Source: Sphagnum compactum (taxonomy: Eukaryota). From it: a stretch of DNA of 64,000 bases. Below, in pieces: positions 24,605 through 37,330 of this stretch (its first letter is position 1; the number at the start of each line of letters is the position of its first letter). Where the stretch lies: contig OZ234493.1 in NCBI GenBank assembly GCA_965153455.1, positions 12,948,213 to 13,012,212 of the forward strand, given 5' to 3'. Made by a program: the position numbers and the translations under genes. Under the pieces are notes generated by a model. The model was not told the origin of the DNA. It did not search any database and worked only from the letters and a program-made list of their open reading frames with translations.

Positions 24605-27600
24605 TCAGTTATGTTTTCCCTTGAATGATTTTTCGCTAGGAAAGTGTGTGATTCCTCCTACTATTCTTGCAGGGGGCCTTGGTCTTCTCAAGTAGATCCA
24701 TCCATACTGAATCCCAGATAATGAAGTTGTTGCTGCCACTGACCAGCTGCACATAAAAGAGAGCGTTCAACAAATTGCTACTCAGATCTGATGGTTTGGT
24801 CACTGTAATGAGTAGTACATACTCTTAGGTACATGATAGATTCAAATACAAGTAGCATCCTCACCTGTCACTTTATCTTCAAATCCACCTACAAACTATC
24901 TATGAAGAAAAACCCATTTGTCCCACAGTACACAAATAAGGGTTAATTGAGTGGTTTAAATAGCTCAAGAAAAGCCACAGCCACTCTTCCCAAGCCTTAA
25001 CCCAATATGCTGAGACATTGTATAAGGCCTTCTATCCTCCCCTATTACATAACCCAGATTTGAATCCCTTACCTCAAAATAGGAACAATCGAATAGGTGT
25101 CCACAACATCTAAAGCAGGTTGCATTAGTGCAGAGCCAATAAGCGCCAACTGCAGCACAGTGTTGACCTGAGCCCTCACCCAACAGTCTGCACTTTGAGA
25201 CTCCTTGTAACACACAACAATGACCTAAAATGGATTGGGAAACATGGTGCATGTTGTTGCAATGAAGGATGGTGAGAAAACTAAACTAGTTGAGGGCATG
25301 ACAATTTGGTTGGCTCTCAGGCAAAGAAACCCAGTTTGTAGGAACTCTGTACATATGGTTCAGAGGAGCACGGATTGTGGTCGTCGGATTCAATCTTTCC
25401 TATCTCATGAGTTCAACCAGTTCAGGTACACCTTGAGGGGCAACTTCTGCAACAAGACTAAATCTATCTTCTGCAGCCTTGTAGTTATTAACCCTGCACC
25501 CCCATGGTGCACAGAACAAGTGAGTGATAGGAGGAGAGAGAGAGGTGAAAGGAAGATGGAGAGACCTTGCTGATGAACAAAGGTTCAACTTTTTCAGCAC
25601 CACCAGCACCAATCTTGAAAAACTCAGCCCAGCCCGACCACTGAGGTATCCCACTACACAAACATTAGCACCCCCTCTCTTGAAATTACCAAGTTTTCAG
25701 AAACATGTCTTGTGTTTGCAACTAAAAAGAAGAGACTTGACAGTTGTCTTTTCCATGAACATGCAACAAGATTGAAACCATTGCGAGCTAGGCTTGTGCA
25801 TTCTAGCTCTTGTTTCCCAGTTTTATATGGACACTCTATCCTGGATGGTCTATGAACCTGAAAAAGTCATATAGCTTTAGGGGTCAAGAACATAAGAAAT
25901 GAAACACCCAATTCAAGCTGAGACAAGAGGTAATGAAATCTGCCTCAGACCTGCCAGCCAAGAGTGAATGCACGATGAATAAAGGAGCCAGAGAGAAGGA
26001 CAACATCCCTGGCTACCACAAGAGCAACAAGAGCAGCTGCCAAAGAAGCAATCCACCATCAGTACTACGGATCCTATGGCACATGCCACTACCAGAGACA
26101 TGACAGATTCTCCTATGAATAAAAAGTCCAGCAAGTTGTGTCTTGAATCTGTCTCTTAGATCCCTGCAGGCCATGCACCTGCGGCAGAATAGATGTTCTG
26201 TGCACTGTCGGAGTTTTATCATAAGTGACCAGCAAGAGAGCAAATTTTGACCAATGTAGTATATGACAGGCAGGGAGTTCCTGAGTCCAAGGTTGTGTGA
26301 ATAACGCACTTATGGTGTAGAAACCATACTACATTTTGATCAATGTAGTATACAACAGGCAGAGAGTTCCTGAGCCTAAGGTTGTGTGAACAATGCACTT
26401 ACGGTGTAGAAGGCCTGCATAAGCCATTGACAAAGCAATGCTCCCCACCAAAACCTGACCATAATAACCATGCAAGTCAAGACTCCACCCAAGTTTGAAT
26501 TGGTGCACTAACAGCTGGCACAGCAGTGAAGAACACACAAAAACAATGAGATCCTGAAAACCAAAGTTCTAGAACTTAGAGTGGGTTGATAAAATTTTAA
26601 AGGTTTTTCTTAACAATCAGTACCTGCTTCCTTCACAGTCAAAAAATAATGTCCAGATTATCAAGATTGAAAAATCAAAAGATGGAGGCTACTGTGAAGA
26701 GAGACACCTTGTCAGCGAGTGGGTCGAGATATGAGCCGAGTACAGAGTTGACACCTAACTTCCTTGCAACAAACCCATCCAGCTGCACCCTCCATAGACA
26801 AATGAGTGTAATCAAAAGGTGAGTCCCTAAACTCAATCCTTAACCTCCCCCCCCCCCCCCCTCTCTTTGGGCTTATGCACCTACAATAAGGCAGAAAACT
26901 GACCAACCATGTGAATAGTAAAGACAAAGTATGATAGCAAGGAAAATCAACAAGGGCATTGCCTGCCACCACTTCTTGCCCAATTTCTTCTTCCTCTGAA
27001 GTAGACCCAAACAAATACCTGTGGTGGCCCCTCAAGCAATGAGCAATAGTGCCTTTCCATTAGGTTCACTGTGGTGAATGGGATTGTACACTACCAGTCT
27101 TGATTGTCTCTCATATCCCTTCTCTCTCAAACTTGTGAGTGATGACAGTGACAGAATGTATGTAGTGTGGTCAGTCAGAGTGTGCTCACCCAGTCGCTTG
27201 CTCCAGCAAGGGCTAGCCCAATAAGAGCAGCTCTTGGGAAACCCTGTAATATCATCCTGCAGCATCAACATCTGTCTTTGACCTTCAGACCCTCCACCAG
27301 ATACACATTATAGAATCAATATGGAGGATTGTCACAAGAGTAGAACTGGATTATCCAGGAAATGCAGGTTACCCTAGTCCGCAACTGTACTAGAAATAAA
27401 CACATACTACAGACTAGTGATTTTACTCCTCCAAACAAATTCAGTATTGCTGGATTTGGCATCACATACAATGCATGACTCTGAAAAACTTCATCAACAG
27501 GAGGAGAGAGGGCAAGTGATTTTACTGACCCAGCAAGCAAAGGGCCTGAGAGAAGGCGTGCAAGAGAGATTGCATTTGGCCAGTTCACCACATCTTCTCT

Positions 27601-28470
27601 GCTCCATCCTGTCTCACTTTCTGTTCTTGATACCTCATGCTCACTGTGTAAGCTCCCTCCTTGATGATGATGGCCTTTACTACAATCTGAGCCCTCAACA
27701 TCCCTTCCCACTCCTACCACCTCCGACCCATCATCCTGCATTGAAGGACCCACATTTGCATCTGCCTGACCATAATTGCTTCCATAATCCCTCAACTGCT
27801 TTTGTTGCCCACATTCTGGGCCACTGGTAGTAGAGTATTGAGATTTTAAGAAGAAGAAGACAGAGCAGATGCTGGTTGGATCACGTGAGGACGAGACTAA
27901 CAGCCTCCTCCCTTCAGACAAGAGATGATTACTCAGACCCAGAGGAGGAGGAAGAGGAGGGTTCAACGAAACCCTAGTCAAGCAATGCTGTTGTTGTCTT
28001 TGAAGCACCACATCGTTAGTAGTAGTAGTAGAAGAAGAAGGCACTGCCGGTTCTAAGAAGAAGAACCTCCTCTCACTTGAAAGCAATGAAGTTGGAATCC
28101 AGCTTTTCAAAGAATCTCTAGGTTGCCTTTGAAAGATGGAATCTGTAAGAATGGAGCTAAAGAAGTTCCTTCTACCGATGATGTTGCCGCTGTTGGCATT
28201 ATTGTTGGGACCAGGAGAATCAACATGAGAACCAAAAGGAAACAATAGGAAGGTTAGGGTTGAAACTGTCTGATCACTTGATGAAGAGCAACAAGCTGCT
28301 GCAGCCGCTGCTGCAAGTCTCGTCTGCTGCTGTTGTTGTTGTTGCTGCTGCTGCTGCTGCTGACGATGATGATAATGATGCTGATGACGAAGCCTGTCGT
28401 ACTCGGAAGCTCTGGTTGCTTTCAGATACTGGCGCACCGCCGCCCAGTTCGCACCCTCCGGAATCCTCAT
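24605..28470 (-). CDS. CLS: Cardiolipin synthase (CDP-alcohol phosphatidyltransferase family), 8 exons
   Basis: Exons 28470-27530, 27256-27190, 26782-26708, 26454-26403, 26036-25951, 25640-25566, 25167-25073, 24746-24605; all GT-AG and frame-consistent. Protein: ...[17 protein letters not shown]...[30 protein letters not shown] (CDP-alcohol PT motif)...VARDVVL...[15 protein letters not shown]. First in-frame ATG is 28470; the ORF-track start at 28602 is a TTG. Confidence 0.92.
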
Positions 28471-28893
28471 TGCTTTCTTGCGATCCACATGAGAAGAAGG
28501 AAGAAGAAACCCAGTTCCTCTTTCAGATGTTATACCACCACCATCCCTTCTTGCAACATCCGATAATGATGACTGGAGACTTCGCAACAACAAACCATTC
28601 AATCTGCAAACTCATCGTCATCATAATCCCCCACTACCCTACTCCCGACATTGCGTCACATGAATCTAGGGTTTAAGACGTAGGGACCAGCACTTTGGGT
28701 CTTGTTGTTGCTGTTCAATGCTCTTGTCTTCTGTCGATCTGTGTGTGTCTCTAATGTTTTTGGAGCTGCTTGCCTTTCACCTTACGACAGGATGATCAAC
28801 GTCGGTTTGTCTTACAACTCCAACGTCCAGTCCGGGATCCCGCTGCTGCTGTGAGTGAAGCAGATTGCAAGGAAAGGGAAGGGAAGAAAGAAG
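28471..28893. promoter_or_regulatory. Short shared (bidirectional) upstream region of CLS and VPS25, containing a telo-box
   Basis: Only 423 bp separate the two divergent ATGs. TAGGGTTT (reverse of AAACCCTA) at 28667-28674. Confidence 0.55.
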
Positions 28894-31124
28894 ATGGCAG
28901 ATTTCTCGTTTCCTTATTTCTACAACTACCCACCATATTTCACGTACGCTTCTTTCTCCTGGTCATCATCATCATCTTCTTCTTCTTCTTCATCGTCTCC
29001 TTCTCCTTCTCATCCTCCTCCTCCTCTCCCTCCTCGTCGCCATCATCATTCTTACTCACGATTTTGGGTTTCTTTTTCTTTGGTGGTCGTGTGTTGAAGA
29101 AGAAATTATTGAACTTGTTCACCTCTTTCGATCAGACCAAGAATATCAACCAAACACGCACACATCCACACACACATACAAGAACAGAGAGCGCGCGCGA
29201 GAGAGAGAGAGACACACACACACACACACACCTGATTTTCAAGTAACATTAAGATGTGGAGGAGAGGGGGAAGAGTGTCTCCTTGTGATTCTTTTTTCTT
29301 CTTCCTTTTTTGTGAATCGTGATCTCCTGGGGACGCTGGACTGGAGCTCCCCAGAAGTGATTTCTAGGGTTTTTTAGGGTTTATTAGGTTTTTGAAGAGA
29401 ATGCAATGCATTAACTTTTGGAAGATGATGATGATCACTCACTCACTCACCCACCCAACCCGATCCACCTTTCTTTCTTTGCGCATTTGCAGATTGCAGC
29501 CAGTGAGGGATACGAGAGAGAAACAAGTGGAACTGTGGAAGCAGCTGATTTTGAAGTACTGTAAACATCACAAATACTTTGTAGTGGACCTGGAGGAAGG
29601 AGATTTCCCACTGTTTGCCAATGCCAACATTGACCGTAAGTAATTTCTGATTTTAAGTTTCATCCCGCTCTATTGCTCCGATAATCAATCAAGCAATCAT
29701 CCACACACACACACATACAGACACAGCACACGTGCATGCGTATGCACACACATGCACACAATCTTTCAATTTGGAAGTTTAGTCTTGGGAATTACCAACC
29801 AACTTATTGCTTGCTTTCTTCTTTTATATTTCAACAGATTGTGTTTTGTGTCCTGCAAAATTAATGTCCTTCTCTGTCTCTGTCTCTGTGTTTCTTGGGT
29901 ATTACACAGAGGTGGCATACCTGATGGTCTGATTGTCAAAAGCTTTTTTTCTTTTTCTTGGTTTGAGCAGGAAAGCTAACATATGAAGCCAGAGAGGTTT
30001 TCCTGGGAGCTTTAGTTTCAGAAGGTTAGATTTCTTCTTTCTCTATCCCTTTTCCTTCCTGCATTTGCTTCACACCACCCTCTTCATCAGCACATCGGGA
30101 GCAATTTTTGTGTGCCTGTTGTTGTCCTTAATGAGTATGAAGAAACAAAGGGCAGATGATCTGTATACTTTGTTTTACCCTACTACTACTTCCCACAAAA
30201 CAAATGGCAAGGGTTGCTTCTCTTATATTGCTTGCCTGCAAGCATCTCCCCAGGTTTTTTTTTCTTCAAAGTTTGTTTTTTGTTAAGAAAAGGAGGAGTG
30301 CTTTTTATGGTGTGTGGTAATCCAGGGAAGGCAGAATGGATGGATAAAGGGCACCGGAGGTGCCTCATTCTGTGGCGAAGAATTCAGGACTGGGCTGAGC
30401 TACTTCTTTCTTTTGTAAGTGTTGCCCATTTTTTTCTGTCCTTTTTTGTAAACAGAAAGAAAGAGATGGGCTCCAGATCGGTGGTTCCTTTCCACCACAC
30501 TGTATGTGAATCATACAAATTTGGCAGGAGAGAAAGAACTGCAGTAATTTCAAGACCTCTCTTGCTCTCTCTCTCTCTCTGTGTCCAATGAGATAAGTTG
30601 ACACCTGAGTGATGTTATACACAAACCTTCTACATACATGGTTGCAGGTGCGAGAAAATGGTATGGAGGACAGTGTGATGACGTTAGAGGAAATCATGTC
30701 TGGTGATGAGACCCGTGGCACAGGTGACTGATGCTCTTCCTTCAGCTTGATTTTCTTGAAGGCTGCTCTGTAAGGATGCCAGATGTGCTGCCTGTATTCC
30801 TTTCTTGTGCTTGTTTCCATGGTTGATTTCCTCTCTCTCTCACTCTCACTCCATGTGAAGTGGGCATACAAGTCTGTCATCTCTCAGACTACAAGGTGCT
30901 GTTGTTGTTGGTGGGTGTGGGCTTCTTGCATCACACACGCCTCTATAACATCAAGCTTGTACATGAAAAGAAAACCCTGTTCCCCTTTGTTCTTTGCAGA
31001 GCTTGCTGGCATAGATCGGGGAGTGCTCATACGAGCTATCAAGGTTTTGGAGCAAAAGGGAAAAGCGGCGATGTTCAAGGGACAAGCTACTGATGATGAT
31101 GGTGTCAAATTCTCAGCACACTGA
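28894..31124 (+). CDS. VPS25: ESCRT-II subunit VPS25, 6 exons
   Basis: Exons 28894-28943, 29493-29635, 29971-30024, 30326-30414, 30648-30723, 31000-31124. Protein MADFSFPYFYNYPPYFTLQPVRDTREKQVELWKQLIL...FPLFANANIDRKL...GKAEWMDK...CLILWRRIQDWA...DDDGVKFSAH carries the PPxY/FTLQP signature. Confidence 0.95.
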
Positions 31125-32099
31125 ATACCCACCATCCCTTCCCATTGGCTGGCATCTTGTACAATCTTCCTTTGATCCACAACCTTGAAATGAAATCTTT
31201 CATTTCAACATTTGCCAAAGTCTTGTTTTCCTCAAAACCCTAAAAAAAAGGAAACATACAGGCAATTGTGTCATCAGTTGTTACGGGCGAATGTTTTCCT
31301 GAACTCCTATGCAATTCATGGTGATAAGTGTTGTCTAGTCTGTGTACTGAATCGCCAATTCAAACGGCTGTTTCTCCTTGGGTGGTCTTTGATCAACCCT
31401 ATAGAATGTCAACAGAGAAGGCTCAAGAATGTGAGAGACTGTTACTGACTAGCAGCACCAGCAGCTCTTCAGAGTAGAGAAGAGATGTTGAGCAGATCTA
31501 TGGTGCTCAGTATGAACAAATCAGCTGTGTGCGACAAGTCATTTACTTCAAGAATGTCAGTCATCCATCTTTGCACCACCATTGAAAAAATAAAGAAATT
31601 GTGTTATAGGGATTAGAATTGTGGTCTTCAGCTCAAAGGTTTAGGGTTTGATTCTTTTCCTGAAATTCTCATTTCCTTTCGTGGATGGATGAAAAAGAAG
31701 ATGTAATAATCCTTCGGCAACTTTCTCAAGCAAGTTTCCTTGGGAAGACAAAGGAGTTGCACCTTCCTTAGGAGAAGGCTGAACCCAAGTTCCCCAAGAA
31801 CTTGAGTTCATTTGTTTGAGTAACCATGTTTCCCTAGGGATTGAGGCCCATTTACCATAGGGAACCATGTTTTGGGCTCATTTGTTGCAAGCAAACCATG
31901 TTTTCCCTCAGAAATTGGGCCCAAAGTTTGCTTTAGGCAACCACGTTTCCTTAGTAAGGAACTTGCATGCATTTGTCTCGGGGACCTTATTGAACTTGGG
32001 CCCATTTGTCCTGGGGAGCTATGTTTCCTTGAGGAAGTTTGGTTCTGTAGAAGAGAAGGGTCTATTAGTAAACCCTTCTCCCACGTAATGTGTTGTTGT

Positions 32100-32900
32100 G
32101 ATAGTGACATTGTAGAGGGATAGTCGCAATGATAGGGTCAATGGAGAGGGACATGTTGATGAATAACTTCGATTTTGATAGGCTAGAGAGTATCTATCTT
32201 TCGGAGGGATAGTTGCAATGATAGGGACAATGGAGAGGGATAGTTGTAATGATAGGGACAATGGAGAGGGATAGTTTGATGAGTAACTTCCATTTTGACA
32301 AGCTAAAGAGTATTTATCTTTCAGAGGGATAGTTGGAATAACATGGATAGTGGAGAGGGATAGGTTGATAAGTAACTTCCACTTTGACAAGCTAGAGAGT
32401 ACAGTAGAACCTCTATAAACTGATCCCCCCAAATTTTATAACCTCTCAAATTTTATCACTCCGGCCCGGTCCATCAATGGGACCAGGCAAAAATTTTATA
32501 TTCTTATAACTTATCACTTTTCCTCTTTCCCGACAATTTTATAATTTTATAATTTGTTTATTTCTCGATCAGTTATGGTGGAAATAGCTAGTGATAGGCC
32601 TTTGTTTAAGACTATTCAGTTACAAGCATGTTCGGAAAAAAAGTGCTGGACTTCTTCAGATGTTTTTCACCCTTTTTCTCTGCCAAAGATGGGTTGCCTT
32701 GATGATCAAAAATGCAAAGAAAATGGGAAAAAAGAGCAGCCTGCAACTTTTGAACCCTGCGCCTCACAGTTCCAAACTCTCCCATAACTTATAACCTCTC
32801 AAACTTTATCACTGGCTGCCGGTCCCTAGGTGATAAAATTATAGAGGTTCTACTGTATCTATTTTTTAAAGGGATAGTTACAATGACAAGGACAAGGAGA
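32100..32900. repeat. Degenerate GGAGAGGGATAG-based tandem repeat in an unassigned TE-like block
   Basis: GGAGAGGGATAGTT...AGTAACTTCCATTTTGACAAGCTAGAGAGTATCTATCTTT recurs at ~32142, ~32262 and ~32352. The third copy is split by a MITE. Confidence 0.6.
32402..32855. mobile_element. 454-bp Tc1/mariner (pogo/Tigger-type) MITE
   Basis: Perfect 17-bp TIR CAGTAGAACCTCTATAA / TTATAGAGGTTCTACTG. TA TSD at 32400-01 and 32856-57. Internal TTATAACCTCTCAAA repeats. Confidence 0.9.
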
Positions 32901-33490
32901 AGTATTAAGTGTTAAAATTGTTCAATATTCAAGGACATAGCTTTCTCTCCTTTCTAACGTTACGCACATGGGGTTTCCCAAGCAAAGTTGAGTCGCAATG
33001 CTTAATGGTTATGTGATGATTGAATGGTCGGGTTGACGTGCATGGTTAGTCCACCGCCTAGCTACCTTGCCCCTTACTTTTTTTTTCCTTTTTCAAGCCC
33101 CTACCTAGGATGCCCACACCTTTTGGTTTTTTTGGTTTGGGTCAAGCACATGGGCATGTGGTGGGGCCTTGATATTTTTTAATTTCCTCTTTTTGGTCTC
33201 CCATTTATTAAACCATGTGGGCATGTGGGACTTGCTTCTTGTCCCCCATTGGTGGAAGAAAAAAAAAATAGTCAATCACCTCAACCTAAATTAAATTAGA
33301 TTCATATTTTTTTCAACTTTTGTTTCTAACCATAAGTTTAACCAATTGTTTCTAGCCAATCAATCATTTAACAAGGATCATTTTCTCCTTTTCATTAACA
33401 CTTAGGGTTTGAAACTCACAAACTTCAATCTTTTGTATTTTGAACCCAAATTCTACAAACCTTGTATTTGAAACCTTGTGGAAAAAAACC

Positions 33491-34776
33491 ATGGCCCAAG
33501 ATGATACAATACTTATGTTTGCAATTTTTTTGGTGTTCTTTGCCAACATGCATCCCCCAAAGCTTATTCGAATCCTCCCCATGCTAGTGGTGAATCAAGA
33601 AAAGTTTTTATTGGAATGGTTCATGCCATACTTTCTATTGTTTACTTGGAGAAACAAAGTAAAGAATAGGATGTTGTGGGTTGAACCTCAAATACATTTT
33701 GATGTTATTGAAGGCGATGCCTGGCATTGTACACCAAAAATGCTTGATAGGAAATACCTTCAATTTTATAAGATGACATTCTTAGCATTTGAGTATTTAT
33801 TAAAAGAGTTGACATCATTTGCAACTTAATTTGTTAGAACACCTATCCCTTTCAGAAAAGCTGTGAAAATGGTTTTATATCGATTAACACATGGAATTTC
33901 TCTTGAGAGAATGAATGCATTGTACGATGTAGGTGCATCTACAATTAGGAAATATACCTACATTGTATGTGATGTTTTGTCTAATGGTGACAAGTTGTTT
34001 TCAGTTTATGTTCACACTTTTACTGGACATCCATTGCTCAACATCGTTGAACAATTTTGTGACATCACAAGGCTGCAACAAATTTGTGGTGTGATTGATG
34101 GTGCACACATTCCTTTAAGTGTGAAACCAAATCAACAAATCACATCTTTTGCTGTAAATTTTTATAATAGGAAGCGCTTTCACAGTATAATGTTTCAAGT
34201 TGTGTGTGATTGTGATATGTTTTTTTGGATTGCATGTGTTGGTCAACTAGGTGGAGTGGCAGACGAAGGAAAATTCAAAATGTCAAGTTTGTATCGTTCT
34301 TTTCAATCAAGACGGATTTGTAAGAACTAGTTGTTACTATTGAAGGTGTGTAAATTCAACCTTACCTACTTGGGGATGCAACATATCCTTTTCAACCATA
34401 TTTATTGAAAGGTTACAAACCTCGAAATAGTGATATGGTAGATCAAATCCAATTTGATCAATCTATGAACAAAGGTCATGTTTTGATTAAGAATGCATTT
34501 GGAACTTTAAGAATCGATGGAGGATTTTCAAAAATTTTAATGCTCGTGTTAATTGAACCCCTATGATTACTTTGGCATGTTGTACCTTGCATAAGTTTTT
34601 TCAATTGCAAGGTATGCCAAAATTGGTGGTTCATGATGTACAAGGAAATCCTTTTGTGGGTTTTGCTAGTATGCATATATCAGTTCCATGAGAATGTGAA
34701 AGAGCTAAGGCTACTGGTGAGGAAATGCGAAAATGCATTATTTAAATTTTGGATACAACGTAATCCTAGAAAGTAG
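33491..34776 (+). pseudogene. PIF/Harbinger DDE transposase (HARBI1-like), disrupted
   Basis: YLQFYKMTFLAFEYLLKEL...KMVLYRLTHG...GASTI...ICGVIDGAHIP...YNRKRFHSIMFQVVCD...LLGDATYP...NAFGTL, with internal stops and frameshifts. Confidence 0.85.
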
Positions 34777-34913
34777 ATTCACATTTTGTTGTTTTATATC
34801 AAACACATCATTCAATAAATAAAACTCAGGTTTTATTGAAACTCATGTTTCATACAATAGTTGCATTTTGTATGAATATTGTATTCATACAAAGTATAGA
34901 TGCAAATCTCTTG

Positions 34914-35872
34914 TCAATTTTCTTGAACATCAAGAGGACGTTTAGTTCTGAGTTCAGCTACAAAAATTTGTGCCAATTGTAAAGTTTGTACTCTACTTTC
35001 TTTCCTAGACCATTCTTCCATTGCAATCATAGATTGGGCAATGGACTTTGTAATCTCAATTGCCTCCCTTTGCAATTCAAGCTTCAAAGTTTCAAATTTT
35101 TTTGAAGATTTAGTTAACTTCTGGAAAGCAAATGCCATGTCACCATTCAATCTATGTCTTTTGTTTCCCACAACTTTGCCAAAAACATCAGGTAAATTTT
35201 TTGCATGTGTATGAAGCAATTCAATTGTAGTATTACCTCGAGTGCCCATACTAGATGTATCGACAGAAGTGCCAAATGCAAGAAAAACGGATGGAGGAGA
35301 TTGTGGAGGAGCACTCCCAATATCATCATCATCTGGTAAATCTTGAATCTTCTTCAATGTTCGGTGCTTGAGAAGATCCAGCATGAACATAACCCTGCTC
35401 AAGTCCATTAGGTGTGCCATCTGCCTTTGTTGTGGCTTTCAAAATTGGGTTCATCTTATTGAACCAAACCCATGAAGTAGATGAAGAACTTGTAACATCT
35501 TCTGTTGTCTTTTCTTGAAAATATTTCTTCTTCATCTTGTTTCATTTGTCACAACATTGAGTTGCTGTCCTCACACTTTTTGCAGGAATATGTGTCACAA
35601 GCTTTTTCTGAATGTCTTTTTTTAATCTTGACTTGAAAAGACCCACGGCCAAATGCCAAATATTTTTCCTCATACAAATCTAACAAAGTTGACAAAACAT
35701 CATTTGACCATTGTACTGGCCTCCCATCTCTCCTACTTCGCTAAGATAGACTTGGTTGAGCTATGGCAGATGCATTTGCAGGTAATGAAAGCACTGTAGC
35801 TTGAGACCCTCATGTAGGAGAATGGAAAAGAAGATCCATGTAAGAAAAATCCTTTGGCGATGATTGAGACAT
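34914..35872 (-). pseudogene. Harbinger ORF1-type Myb/SANT (trihelix) DNA-binding protein, disrupted, convergent with the transposase
   Basis: RPVQWSNDVLSTLLDLYEEKY...RTATQCCDK*NKMKKKYFQEK...SSTSWVWFNKMNPIL, then a C-terminal coiled coil (KFETLKLELQREAIE...). Stop and frameshifts present. Confidence 0.75.
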
Positions 35873-36619
35873 GTTGAGAAAAGAAGAAGAATTGTGTTTA
35901 AGAAGGACTGTGTTTAAAGAAGAACTGTGTTTAAGGAAGGACACAATTTTTATTTTTATTTTTTGAGGTTGTGGGCATGTGAGTTAGCATTACTATTTTT
36001 TGGATTGTGGGTCTTCTGTGCTAGTAGAAGTTTTTTTCTTACAGGATCGGCGGGCTGCAGCAATTTTTGAATAGGACAGTTTGGCAAGAAGAAGCTGAGC
36101 GGACGAGCTGAGCGGAGCGGATGTGCAAGACGGCTTGCACTTCGGCCTCTGAGTGGAGCGAAAGAACGACTGTCAGGGCCACTTTTTGTTGCTGAGCGGA
36201 CGAAATTGTGTGCATGTGCGCAGGCCTTCTCTCTCTCAGCGCAAGAAATGAACATGAAAACATAGCGCGCTCTCTCTCTCTCTCTCAGAGCAAGAAAGTC
36301 TGGATTCTGGACAAGAAAACATAGTTTGGCTGTCTTCAGATATGAATTATCTCTTGCAACCTTTGCCGCTGTCATAATTGTTTGTGTTTTTCCTTTTACA
36401 ACCGTTGGCGTTTCTTCTTCATCTTCTTCTTCCCGTTGAACAGCACAAAGGCGACCGCCGCTGATTACTGGAAGAAGGAGGAATCGTGACAAGGAATTTG
36501 TAAAGTGGATTTTTTTTGGGGAAGAGAACGAACATTCCTCGCAGGATCAGCTTGAGGTATGAATTGCTCACAGTAGATTCATGTCCTAGGTGACGACGAC
36601 ATTACTGTTTTCTTCGGCA

Positions 36620-37330
36620 ACAAGATTGCGAGACTGTCTCACTGAGCAAGATGGTGATGATAATGATCTGTGCGATTGTTCTGGGGAAATTCAGAGCTTG
36701 AATTTGTAGAATTGCGCTTCCAGTTCATATTCTTCCTCATCTTCTTCTCTGACAAGATTGCGAGACTGACGATCTTCGATCATATTGCCGCAGCAGGATG
36801 ATGATAATGAACATCTGTGCGATTGTTTTGGAGAATTCAAAGTAGAATAGCAAGCTTCCCGTTCATATCCTTCCTCGTTTTCTTTCTCTGAAGATTACTC
36901 TGAACAAAGAAGATTGCGAGACTGACGATCTTCGATCATATTGCTGTAGCAAGATGATGACGATGATCTCTGCGATTGTTCTGGAGAATTCAGAGCTTGA
37001 ACTAGTAGAATAGCGCTTCCCGTACGTATTCTTCCTCATTTTCTTTTCTCTGACGATTACTCTTACAAGATTGCGAGACTGACGACCTTCGATCATATTT
37101 CCGCAGCAAGATGATCATCATTTTCTTTCTCTGAAGATTATCCTGAAAAATTGCGAGGCCGACAATCTTCGATCATGTTGCCGCAGCAAGATGGTGATGA
37201 TAATGATCTGTGCGATTGTTCTGGGGAATCCAGAGCTTGAATGAGTAGAATAGCAAACTTCCCGTTCGTATTCGTCATCATTTTCTTTCTTTGAAGATGA
37301 TTCTGACGATCTCCGAGATTGCGAGATCTT
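36620..37330. repeat. ~130-160-bp tandem array (about 5 units) upstream of duplicated gene copy 1
   Basis: GATTGCGAGACTG recurs at ~36624, 36756, 36912 and 37069, with variants at ~37150 and ~37317. TGCGATTGTT(C/T)TGG...AATTCAGAGCTTGAA also recurs. Confidence 0.85.

Noticed and set aside
25240-25500. Possible cryptic exon in CLS intron 6
   Set aside because: The AG at ~25493 is followed by GGT TAA, an immediate stop in the incoming phase, and there is no homology. It cannot be supported without transcripts.
27316-28602. 428-aa ORF as a single-exon gene
   Set aside because: It starts at TTG and reads through the donor at 27529. The spliced 8-exon model explains the homology.
28260-29377. Several overlapping low-complexity ORFs (poly-L, poly-S, poly-H)
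   Set aside because: They arise from trinucleotide and dinucleotide repeats in the CLS exon antisense strand and VPS25 intron 1.
31641-32123. Overlapping ORFs downstream of VPS25
   Set aside because: No recognisable domain; they lie in an internally repetitive TE-like block.
36620-37330. ORFs 36863-37096 and 37118-37414 on the minus strand
   Set aside because: They are translations of the tandem repeat units, with no independent sign of coding.
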